From positions 160,001-224,000 of the forward strand of contig CAXXVK010000072.1 in NCBI GenBank assembly GCA_963676915.2: a DNA stretch of 64,000 nucleotides, given 5' to 3'. Shown piece by piece: positions 20,735 through 29,350 of the stretch (the stretch's first letter is position 1; the number at the start of each line of letters is the position of its first letter). This DNA comes from Myxococcota bacterium (lineage in GTDB: Bacteria; Myxococcota_A; SURF-8; G963663525). The position numbers and the translations under genes are program-made. The notes under the pieces are model-generated. The model was not told the origin of the DNA. It ran no database searches and was given only the letters and a program-made list of their open reading frames with translations.

Positions 20735-20870
20735 AAACGTTTGTTAGCGTTTTATTAAGGACAGGTTGCATTGTCGTCGATCGGGTGTCAATCGACCGCT
20801 TTCAAGGTGTGTAATCACAAATCTTACCCGATGCAACGGCAAAGCGATGAGTAGGAACAGGAGATGGGTC

Positions 20871-22784
20871 ATGAAAAAGAAAAGCCGGACAATTAATATG
20901 GCTCTGTTGCTTGCCATACTGCTGTTCGTCGGAATCGGCGGATGCAGTGACTCGGGGAGTATCAGTGGAATCGACGGGAACAATGACGGAGACGATGACT
21001 GGACCGTTTCCGATGGCGACGGCGACGACGATACGGGCTATCCGTACCCATCGAACGGCGGCGATACCAGTGGAGAAAGCGAAGTCGATATCCAGAATCC
21101 GGCTGACCGCGATGTGGAAGAGTTGCCGGAAATCGACTACGAAGGTGCAACGGAAATCGCTTTAAGTTGCAGTGGAAGCACTATTACCGGTCCTGGAGCC
21201 GTTGAAGATGATAGCGACATTGTGATTTCCGAAGCGGGTTCCTACATTATTAGCGGGAAACTCTGTGACGGTCAGATCCGTGTGGATACCGAAGACAAAG
21301 ATCCCGTGGTCATCGTTTTCAACGGTATCGATGTCACCTGTTCCGATAGCGCACCGTTCTATGTTCTGGATGCGAAAGACGTGCAGATTATGCTGCAAGA
21401 AGGAACGGACAACAGCCTAACCGATGGAAGTTCCTACGTTTTCGAGTCCGCCGAGGAAGATGAACCCAACGCGGCACTGTTCAGCAAGGCCGATCTGGTT
21501 CTCTGCGGTAGTGGGAGCCTTACCGTCAAAGCCAATTATAACGACGGAATTGCTAGCAAAGACAGCCTTTGGATTACCGACGGATCGTACACCATTTCCG
21601 CGCAGGACGACGGCATCCGAGGCAAGGACGATCTTACGATCGACGGTGGAGAGTTCAATGTCGTCGTTCGTGGCGATGGCATGACCTCGGACAACGAGGA
21701 AGATGCGGAAAAAGGGTTCATTTTGATTACAGACGGTACCTTCGACATCGTGGCGAGTGGGGATGGCCTTGTCGCTGAGACCGGGATGATCATTTCCGGC
21801 GGTACCTTCGATATCACGGCAGGTGGCGGCAGTTCGGCGACGCTTTCCGATTCGGAATCCGGTAAAGGAATCAAAGGGATAGGTAGCGTCAGCATCACCG
21901 GCGGTTCGTTCATTATCGATTCCGCCGATGATGGCGTGCACTCGGATGGTGACATTTACATCGGTGGCGGAGCATTCGAGATCAGTGTGGCTGAAGGTGG
22001 TGGCGGTGGAGGCATGGGAGGTATGACCTCGAATGGCCAGGATGGTATCCATTCCGACACCACCATCCAGATCGATTCCGGTGCTATTGTTGTTACCAAG
22101 TCTTACGAAGGCATCGAAGCGACGACGATTATCATCAATGGCGGAACGATCGACGTTACGGCGACGGACGACGGATTCAACTGCGCCGGTGGCGATGGTT
22201 CGAGCGGTTGGGAGCCGGGACCGGGGCAAACCACAAGTGGCGATTATTACTTGTATATCAATGGTGGAAATATCTGGATGGACGCCGCAGGCGACGGACT
22301 TGATTCGAATGGCAGCATCGAAATTTCCGGCGGCGTGATCCTCGTAAACGGTCCGACCAACGATGGCAATGGCGCGATCGACTCGGGAGATTCTCGGGAC
22401 GACACCATCAGCGTCAAAGGCGGGTTGCTTGTTGCGGCGGGAAGTTCCGGAATGGCCGAAGCGCCTGATACCATTTCAAGTCAGAATTCTGTAATTGTTT
22501 ACCTTTCCAATGCGCAACAAGGCGGGCAGATTTTCCACATCGAGAAAAGCGATGGAACGGATATGTTGACCTACGCGCCGTCGAAAACCTACGAGTCGGT
22601 CGTGTTTTCCTCTCCGGAATTTACGACGGGCCAGTACAGCGTGTACCTAGGTGGGAGTTCGACTGGTACGTATTACAAAGGGTTGTATACCGACGGAACG
22701 TATACTCCCGGCACCTTGTACACGACATTTACGGTAAGTTCGGTCACAACACAGGTTGGTAACGGCGGGAATCCTCGTCCTTAA
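20871..22784 (+). CDS. Cthe_2159/DUF4353 beta-helix carbohydrate-binding lipoprotein
   Basis: Lipobox GIGGC; ISEAGSYIISG, repeated DGI/DDG motifs, DGLDSNG, NGAID, AAGSSGMAE. Confidence 0.85.
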   Translation: MKKKSRTINMALLLAILLFVGIGGCSDSGSISGIDGNNDGDDDWTVSDGDGDDDTGYPYPSNGGDTSGESEVDIQNPADRDVEELPEIDYEGATEIALSCSGSTITGPGAVEDDSDIVISEAGSYIISGKLCDGQIRVDTEDKDPVVIVFNGIDVTCSDSAPFYVLDAKDVQIMLQEGTDNSLTDGSSYVFESAEEDEPNAALFSKADLVLCGSGSLTVKANYNDGIASKDSLWITDGSYTISAQDDGIRGKDDLTIDGGEFNVVVRGDGMTSDNEEDAEKGFILITDGTFDIVASGDGLVAETGMIISGGTFDITAGGGSSATLSDSESGKGIKGIGSVSITGGSFIIDSADDGVHSDGDIYIGGGAFEISVAEGGGGGGMGGMTSNGQDGIHSDTTIQIDSGAIVVTKSYEGIEATTIIINGGTIDVTATDDGFNCAGGDGSSGWEPGPGQTTSGDYYLYINGGNIWMDAAGDGLDSNGSIEISGGVILVNGPTNDGNGAIDSGDSRDDTISVKGGLLVAAGSSGMAEAPDTISSQNSVIVYLSNAQQGGQIFHIEKSDGTDMLTYAPSKTYESVVFSSPEFTTGQYSVYLGGSSTGTYYKGLYTDGTYTPGTLYTTFTVSSVTTQVGNGGNPRP

Positions 22785-22797
22785 ACTCACAACGGTT

Positions 22798-22834
22798 TGT
22801 TTGCTCGGGATGTTTAAAACCTCCCGAGCAAGCA
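22798..22834 (+). terminator. Stem-loop after the Cthe_2159-type gene
   Basis: TTGCTCGGGA...TCCCGAGCAA perfect 10-bp stem, extendable; a second hairpin AAAACGG...CCGTTTT lies at about 22848-22870. Confidence 0.45.
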
Positions 22835-23016
22835 GAAGCAAACGCAGAAAAACGGTGGTCATTCCGTTTTGACTCACGACCCGGGTTGGTTGAAGTGTGG
22901 AGGCTCGACTTGAAACAGCAGGCGATCCGCACCGGTTCTCGAACGATGATATTGGCAGTGTGCTGACGTGATCCGATTGCAAGAAGGCTTCGAGCGCGAG
23001 AGAGGCAGGGCGAACC

Positions 23017-23697
23017 ATGGAAAGTTTACTACTAAGTTTCGGATCGGTGAAACTGGAATGGCAGCATTCATTGTTGTCGCTGCTATTGGCCTTTCTGCTT
23101 TCGAGCCTCGTTGCCGTCATATACGAGAAGACGTTTAGAGGTCTTTCCTGGTCGGTGAACCTGCTCCAGGCCATGATTCTCGGCAGCATGGTGGCCTGCA
23201 TCATCATGATCGCGATTGGTGACAACATTGCCCGAGGTATTGGTATCGTAGGTTCGTTGGCGATTATCCGTTTCCGAACCAATCTTCGTGATCCTCGCGA
23301 CCTTGTGTTCCTTTTCGCATCATTGGCGATTGGTGTGGCCTGCGGTGTTCAGAGCTATTCCACCGCCATCGTCGGTACGGTCATGTTCTCGATGGTCAGT
23401 ATCGGTTTGCAGATTACGGAATTCGGAAAGCATCGCCGCCACGATGGTATGGTCCGGTTCCAGGTTCCTGCCAATGGCGAAGCCTCTGCGAAAGTGTCCG
23501 AGATCCTGGAGCGTATCCCTCATCATTTCGCTCTCGTCACCCGGCGTAGCGTGGCCCAAGGTTCCATGATGGATTACGCCTACCAGGTGAAATTCAATCA
23601 AGACAAGGATTGTGAGTTGTTGATGCAGGAGTTGGAAAGCATCAAGGGAATTACCGGATTGGCCTATCTGAACCAGCAAACCACAGTGGAAGTGTAG
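23017..23697 (+). CDS. DUF4956 membrane protein (MgtC-like TM region + C-terminal ACT-like domain)
   Basis: IGDNIARGIGIVGSLAIIRFRTNLRDPRDLVFLF..LAIGVACG signature. Confidence 0.88.
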   Translation: MESLLLSFGSVKLEWQHSLLSLLLAFLLSSLVAVIYEKTFRGLSWSVNLLQAMILGSMVACIIMIAIGDNIARGIGIVGSLAIIRFRTNLRDPRDLVFLFASLAIGVACGVQSYSTAIVGTVMFSMVSIGLQITEFGKHRRHDGMVRFQVPANGEASAKVSEILERIPHHFALVTRRSVAQGSMMDYAYQVKFNQDKDCELLMQELESIKGITGLAYLNQQTTVEV

Positions 23698-23704
23698 GTG
23701 GACC

Positions 23705-24886
23705 ATGAACTTCATCAAGAAATACGGCTTTATCGGTCTATGGGGTATTTTTGCTGCTGTGGCATTCGGGATGTACTACTTTTACGCGGTCAACGCCGAT
23801 TTCATCGGGGTTGTCGAAACCCGAACCCACAAACTCAGCGCACAGGAATCGGGACGTATACAAAAAATCCTTGTTTCCCTAGGTGAGCAGGTGTCTGCCA
23901 ACCAACTCCTTGTTGCGATAGACACATCGGACCTCGATACGGAAAAAACCTGGTTGCAGGAAGAACTCAAGCGCTTGAAAAGCCTCGAAGAAGCCGACCG
24001 CAGCAGGTACGCACTGGAGTACGAAAAACTTCGCCTCCAGAGCGATGCGGATGCCTCACGTCTCGATCAATGGAGATCGGAACTCGAAGTGAAAAAGGCG
24101 GAGTTGCAAGCGGTAAACGATCAAATCCACCGTTTGGAACAAGCTCAAAAAGCCGGGCTTGGAAGAACCAAGGAAATGTCCGATCTTGTGATTCGGCGCG
24201 ATTCCCTGGCCAAGTACATCAGCGAACAAAACGCTGTCATGAAGAACAACTCGCGCAAATACGTGTCACGCAAGAAATCCGATAACCAAACGGAAAGCGA
24301 GCGCGTGGTGATGTCGTTGCTCGGCGAGCGAATGGAGCGTATCAACGAAATCAAACTTCGACTGAAAATTCTCGAAACGCGCAAAGACCGGAGCCAGGTG
24401 ATTACTCCCTGCGAGGGACGGGTTGTCAAAATCAATTACATGCCAGGCGATGCCGTAGAAGCTTTCCAAACCATTCTGACGATTGAGGAACCTCAGGCGG
24501 AGTTCATCGATGTCTACGTTCCTGAAACCTCCGACCGAACGCCTCTTCTGGGGGAACGTGTCGCCGTGTATCCTCACCGAACCGGAAAATTCGATTGCGA
24601 AGGTACGGTTGTTTTCGTCGATCCGGGATTCTCGGCAATTCCCGAACGTCTGACCTTCCGCAACCTCGTGTACTGGGCCAGGAAATTTCGTGTGCAACTC
24701 GATCCGGATCATCACATGATGCCGGGAGAAGCCGCCAAAGTTCGAATGCTTGGAAATGTTTCGACGGCTTCTTTGGCTCAAGTCGCCAAGTTGGCCAAGA
24801 CTGTACCCGTCGATGATTCGGCACATAAAAAGCCGGAGCGAAGCCAAGCCAAACCTCTTCTTGTGGCTCAACCGGAAGGAAGGTGA
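23705..24886 (+). CDS. HlyD-family periplasmic adaptor (membrane fusion protein)
   Basis: N-terminal TM anchor, SGRIQKILVSLGEQV and TPCEGRVVKINYMPGDAV lipoyl halves, long coiled coil, MMPGE. Confidence 0.85.
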   Translation: MNFIKKYGFIGLWGIFAAVAFGMYYFYAVNADFIGVVETRTHKLSAQESGRIQKILVSLGEQVSANQLLVAIDTSDLDTEKTWLQEELKRLKSLEEADRSRYALEYEKLRLQSDADASRLDQWRSELEVKKAELQAVNDQIHRLEQAQKAGLGRTKEMSDLVIRRDSLAKYISEQNAVMKNNSRKYVSRKKSDNQTESERVVMSLLGERMERINEIKLRLKILETRKDRSQVITPCEGRVVKINYMPGDAVEAFQTILTIEEPQAEFIDVYVPETSDRTPLLGERVAVYPHRTGKFDCEGTVVFVDPGFSAIPERLTFRNLVYWARKFRVQLDPDHHMMPGEAAKVRMLGNVSTASLAQVAKLAKTVPVDDSAHKKPERSQAKPLLVAQPEGR

Positions 24887-24890
24887 TGTC

Positions 24891-26174
24891 ATGGTTCGTA
24901 TGCCGTCACAGATTCTGATCGCTTGTCTTCTCGTGATGGGTGGATCTTTGAACGCCTTTTCTCAGGGAGAGAATGCAAACGGCGATTCTTTTGAAAACGC
25001 TTCCATCACGGAAAGCGAAGCCATACAAAAAAGTCTCGAAAAAAGTCGTGGATTGCGAAAAATCCAAAGCGAAGTAGCTGCCCAGAGCAAAATCTCTGCC
25101 TCTGCCAGATACGATGTAAAAAACCCGGAACTCCGCTTGCGGGACATTTCCACGAAATATTTCGATAAAGACGAAGACAACAAGCAATTCCAATTCGGGC
25201 TTCGCTGGAAACCTCCGCAGATCGGCGAGTTGGGAACGAAACAGCGCAAAGAACGCGTCAACTTGTGGGAAAAGAAAACGAAAGCATGGGAAGCCCGTCA
25301 GGCTCTGATTGCTGATGTCAGGGAAGTTTACGCTACGCTTGGTATGCTTCAATCGTACTCCGGTCTTACCCAACAACAAGCAGAGTTGCATAGACAATTG
25401 TTTCTCGTGGTCGAAAAACTCGGAGAGCTTGGACGAAGATCCCCGCTCGATCGCATCAAAGTGCGTCGAAAATATTTAAAAGCCAAAAAAGAGGCCGCCG
25501 GAACCGCACAGCGATACGAGGAGACGAAGCAGCAATTCTCGGCACTTACAGGAGAAGAAGAAGGCGTAACGGTTTTGTGGTCCGAACCGGAGGTACTTCC
25601 TATAGATGAAGCCATCATTCACGAACGAGCGGTTACCGCTCATCCTGCGGTAGAGTTGGCAAGGCAACGCAGCGAATTTTTCGCTTACCGGTACAAGGCG
25701 GAGCGATATAAGCTTATTCCCTGGTTTACCTTCGTCGATGTTTCCTACCAGTATGAAAGCAAAAAGAAGGATTCGGGAGAGCTGGTATTGGGCATCGAAT
25801 TGCCGCTTTTCAATTGGAATCTCGGCGAGTTGCGTGCCACCGAAATCGAGCGGAAGCAAGGGAAGCTCTCGTCTAGTCTGGCCATCGCTTCGATCGATCG
25901 CAAATTGAAAGAACGTTTGGCCGAATATGACAAAGCTGTGGCTGAATATCGATCCTTGAAAGAGGAAACGGACGGATCGCTTTCGCAATCGGAAAACATG
26001 GTCGCACAAGCGAAGCTACAGGAATTGCCGGAAGACGAAATTCTTGAGATGGAAATCTCGAATATCGAACTGCGAATGATGCTGTTGGAAGCAGGATTTC
26101 GAGTTAAAAAAGCTGCAATCGAACTCTGCCGAACGGCCGGAGTGGAAAACGACAGAGAATTGACTCGGGAATAG
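24891..26174 (+). CDS. TolC-family outer-membrane channel
   Basis: Signal peptide, NPELRL, LIADVREVY, HPAVE, LGIELPLFNWNLGE. Confidence 0.8.
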   Translation: MVRMPSQILIACLLVMGGSLNAFSQGENANGDSFENASITESEAIQKSLEKSRGLRKIQSEVAAQSKISASARYDVKNPELRLRDISTKYFDKDEDNKQFQFGLRWKPPQIGELGTKQRKERVNLWEKKTKAWEARQALIADVREVYATLGMLQSYSGLTQQQAELHRQLFLVVEKLGELGRRSPLDRIKVRRKYLKAKKEAAGTAQRYEETKQQFSALTGEEEGVTVLWSEPEVLPIDEAIIHERAVTAHPAVELARQRSEFFAYRYKAERYKLIPWFTFVDVSYQYESKKKDSGELVLGIELPLFNWNLGELRATEIERKQGKLSSSLAIASIDRKLKERLAEYDKAVAEYRSLKEETDGSLSQSENMVAQAKLQELPEDEILEMEISNIELRMMLLEAGFRVKKAAIELCRTAGVENDRELTRE

Positions 26175-26963
26175 GTGGTTGCCATGTCTGCTGGAAAATC
26201 GATGGTTATCAGTCGGTACGAGAGCAAATACCTTGTTCCAGAGGCTAAAGCGCGTGCCATTCGTAACTTCATCATGGGTTTTTGCACCCCCGATAGTCAC
26301 GCCGACGCCAACGGTCGGTACGTCGTCAATAATTTCTACTTCGACACGCCCGACCTGCGGTTTTATTACGACACGAAGTACAAACAGTACAATCGTTTCA
26401 AGCTAAGAATGCGATATTACGGGGATATTCCTGAAGAACTTCTCTGGCTCGAAATCAAGCATAAGGTACAGAACGTAACATGGAAAACCCGAAGAAACTG
26501 TATGGTATCCGATTGGGATTCGATTTTCGAGTGCGAAGACTCTTTGGCGCAAAAATCGGAGAACGTCTCCCTGAGGGATTCTTTCGAAAATGCCGTCATC
26601 CGGTTCGGAGCCGAACCCAAGGTTCACGTTCGTTACGTACGTGAACCGTATATTTGCGATTTCGAAGAATATTGCCGAATCACGTTCGATCGTTGCCTTT
26701 CTTTCCGATCAACGGACGGGTCCATGAACCTCGTAAGCAACAAACCCTTCCTATATTATGATGATGTCGTAACCTCCGTTTTCGAGGACGACGATTCGCC
26801 GGTGATTCTCGAAATCAAAACCGAAAACCAGGTTCCCATATGGGTGATGGAACTGATTCGGACGTTCCAATTGCGGCGGCGCGGGTTTTCGAAATACTGT
26901 TACGCCATCGATAACAGCAAAGAAAGAGCCGGAGGAGGATTGCGGGTCAACGCATGTCTGTAA
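26175..26963 (+). CDS. VTC-domain polyphosphate polymerase (CYTH/TTM fold)
   Basis: RYESKY, YFDTPD, KLRMRYY, LEIKHK, RITFD, ILEIK, FSKYC motifs. Confidence 0.9.
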   Translation: MVAMSAGKSMVISRYESKYLVPEAKARAIRNFIMGFCTPDSHADANGRYVVNNFYFDTPDLRFYYDTKYKQYNRFKLRMRYYGDIPEELLWLEIKHKVQNVTWKTRRNCMVSDWDSIFECEDSLAQKSENVSLRDSFENAVIRFGAEPKVHVRYVREPYICDFEEYCRITFDRCLSFRSTDGSMNLVSNKPFLYYDDVVTSVFEDDDSPVILEIKTENQVPIWVMELIRTFQLRRRGFSKYCYAIDNSKERAGGGLRVNACL

Positions 26964-27059
26964 TTCTTTTCAATATATGCTTTTGAAAAGAATTATGCCA
27001 TATTCAAGTGATTCGACGTCTTGTGACATCTCATGCTGTTGGATTCGTAGTGTTGTAAA

Positions 27060-28025
27060 TTACTCGAAACGTTTGACACGCCGATGGCAGTATGGTGCTT
27101 TTCCTGTTTTGAAATAGTAATCCTGATGATAACTTTCCGCTGTCCAGAAAGTTCCGGCCGGTTCGAGCTTCGTGGCGATGCTCAATCCTTTCTTTTTCAA
27201 TGTTTCCATCAGCTTTTCGGCGATTTCACGTTGTTTGTCTGAGGTATAGAACACTGCCGAGCGGTATTGTTCTCCGATATCCGGTCCTTGCCGATTGATT
27301 TGTGAAGGATCGTGGATTTCGAAAAACAGCTTGGCCAACGTCTCATAGGTCGTTTTTTGAGGATCGAATACGATTCGTACCGTTTCAGCGTGTCCTGTAG
27401 TTCCCGAACAGACCTGTTCATAACCGGGAGACTCCACGGTACCACCCATGTACCCCGATTCCGCTCGTTCGACACCGGGCAGGTTTTCGAAATGGTATTC
27501 TACTCCCCAAAAACATCCTCCTGCGAAAAAAGCTTCTTCAAATTGTGGTGGAGCTTTTTCCGGTTGGAAATTCAACGAAATGGAATTAACGCAGTGTCTC
27601 GTGTTTTTCGGAGTGAATCCCTCCCCGCGAAAGACGTGCCCCAAATGCGCCCCGCAGGTATTGCAAAGAATTTCGGTACGTTGGCCATCCGCGTCGAGTT
27701 CTTCGCGCACCGCTCCGGGAAGGGCTTCATCAAAGCTTGGCCATCCGCAATGTGCGTCGAATTTGTCCTCAGACCGAAACAGGGTCGCACCGCAGCGTTT
27801 GCAACGATATACGCCTTTTTCATGGTGGTCGGAATAGAGACCGGTGAAAGGTCGTTCCGTTCCTTTATGAACGATGACTGCTTCTTCTTCCGGGGTCAGT
27901 TTATTCCACGTCATGTCGTTGTACTCTTTTCCTTGTTCGGCAGGGCTATGTGTTGTCACCGCAAGAATGAAAACCAGGGCGAAAACCAGCGAAAATAGTA
28001 TCCACCGTATTTCGAATCGTCTCAT
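27060..28025 (-). CDS. msrAB: Bifunctional methionine sulfoxide reductase MsrB-MsrA with N-terminal signal
   Basis: GTERPF, CGWPSF, RHCVNS (MsrB); GGCFWG, GHAE, AESYHQDY (MsrA). Confidence 0.93.
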   Translation of the reverse strand: MRRFEIRWILFSLVFALVFILAVTTHSPAEQGKEYNDMTWNKLTPEEEAVIVHKGTERPFTGLYSDHHEKGVYRCKRCGATLFRSEDKFDAHCGWPSFDEALPGAVREELDADGQRTEILCNTCGAHLGHVFRGEGFTPKNTRHCVNSISLNFQPEKAPPQFEEAFFAGGCFWGVEYHFENLPGVERAESGYMGGTVESPGYEQVCSGTTGHAETVRIVFDPQKTTYETLAKLFFEIHDPSQINRQGPDIGEQYRSAVFYTSDKQREIAEKLMETLKKKGLSIATKLEPAGTFWTAESYHQDYYFKTGKAPYCHRRVKRFE

Positions 28026-28166
28026 GATGCAATTACTATCAATTTCTCAATTAACAATAATTATAAAATAACAATGTTTTTGCTGAAATCAATGCTCTAT
28101 GTCTTGAATGAAGGTTTTTGAAAAAGCGAGACGATTTCCGAATTATGCGTGGAAGACAACACTGAA

Positions 28167-28195
28167 TTGACACTCCTTTCTACAAGGTGTATAGA
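28167..28195 (+). promoter_or_regulatory. Sigma70-type promoter
   Basis: TTGACA-N17-TATAGA, 25 bp before the ATG at 28220. Confidence 0.5.
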
Positions 28196-28219
28196 AGAGA
28201 AAAACGCAATGGAGAAACC

Positions 28220-28621
28220 ATGGAAAACACAGGAAGATTCAATCAGGCGATGAGGAACAATCGCGGGTATTCGATGATGCAATGGATGGTCTTCATCTTG
28301 ATCGGTGTGGTCCTCTATGCATCGTATATTGTGATTCCGGTGTATATGGCCGATTATCAACTTAAAAAAGGGTTGACTCGGATGGCGATGGACTTGGCCG
28401 GAGAAACGGATACCCATGATGTTTACAAGCGGATGTCTAAAAAGATTTTCGTGAAAATCGGTATCGATCTAACCGCTGAGCAGTTGAAAATCTCCCGAAA
28501 TGGAAACACGTTGATAGTGGATGTCGAATATGAGGCTCCTGTGGAGTTTCTTCTTTACGGACCGCATACGTTCAAATTCCGTCATCATGCGCAAGCTACT
28601 GCAACTCAGATGATAGAATGA
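28220..28621 (+). CDS. DUF4845-like protein with a pilin-like N-terminus
   Basis: RNNRG|YSMMQW + hydrophobic helix, PVYM, IVDVEYE; GGAG RBS before the ATG. Confidence 0.55.
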   Translation: MENTGRFNQAMRNNRGYSMMQWMVFILIGVVLYASYIVIPVYMADYQLKKGLTRMAMDLAGETDTHDVYKRMSKKIFVKIGIDLTAEQLKISRNGNTLIVDVEYEAPVEFLLYGPHTFKFRHHAQATATQMIE

Positions 28622-28683
28622 GTTTTCCTGAAGCATCTTTTCTTTTTAGCCGATTCTTTTTCTAAATCAACCAGCGGTATGAC

Positions 28684-29304
28684 ATGAGTTTACTTTCTTC
28701 GACGCCTTCGAATTCTCGTTGGCGTAATGGTTTTTGGGGGATAGCCCTTCTCATCGTAGTGAACTTTTGCATGGCTTGTGGAGGCGGATACACGCCCACC
28801 CCTCGACTCATCGAAAAAAGTATGAAAATCTCGAAAAGCTGCCAGCTTGATTTCAGATCCGAAACAGGGCAATGTCTGGCTTTGGAAGACGATCGTCTCG
28901 TAGAAGGGGAATGCCAACTCATTGACGAGGAATGTTCCGAGCGCTTTTTCATTACCAAGAAATCTGGACGGAGCCGCTTCGTTCTGGTCAACGCGCTTCG
29001 TCCTTGCTACTCGCAATGGCTGGTGGACAAATACACCGACGAGGATTCCGACTGGTACGAACATGGTGACTACCGGGTTGTGGAATTCAATCTGGGAACC
29101 CCGATAGAAAGCCCTAAATACTACGAGGAAGCGGTAATCCAGCTTCTATTTCAATCCCATTGGGATGCGTTGGAAAGTCCTTCGGGAGAGATGTGCTATT
29201 ACCGCGTGGAAACCAGTGTCAAAAACCTGATTGGCGGTTCGTATTCCCTCAAACTCTGGGATGAAGATCGCGAATTGATGCTGGAAACAACGTTCGATCA
29301 CTAA
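28684..29304 (+). CDS. Hypothetical lipoprotein
   Basis: 206 aa, hydrophobic signal ending CMAC. Confidence 0.65.
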   Translation: MSLLSSTPSNSRWRNGFWGIALLIVVNFCMACGGGYTPTPRLIEKSMKISKSCQLDFRSETGQCLALEDDRLVEGECQLIDEECSERFFITKKSGRSRFVLVNALRPCYSQWLVDKYTDEDSDWYEHGDYRVVEFNLGTPIESPKYYEEAVIQLLFQSHWDALESPSGEMCYYRVETSVKNLIGGSYSLKLWDEDRELMLETTFDH

Positions 29305-29350
29305 ATTTCAAACGAAGCCTTTCATTTTCCTGCATTTTCAACACAAAGCA

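Noticed and set aside
21500-22400. Repeated DG/GG motifs as a DNA repeat array or CRISPR
   Set aside because: Protein-level beta-helix repeats of the Cthe_2159 family; no identical direct repeats with spacers were seen anywhere in the window.
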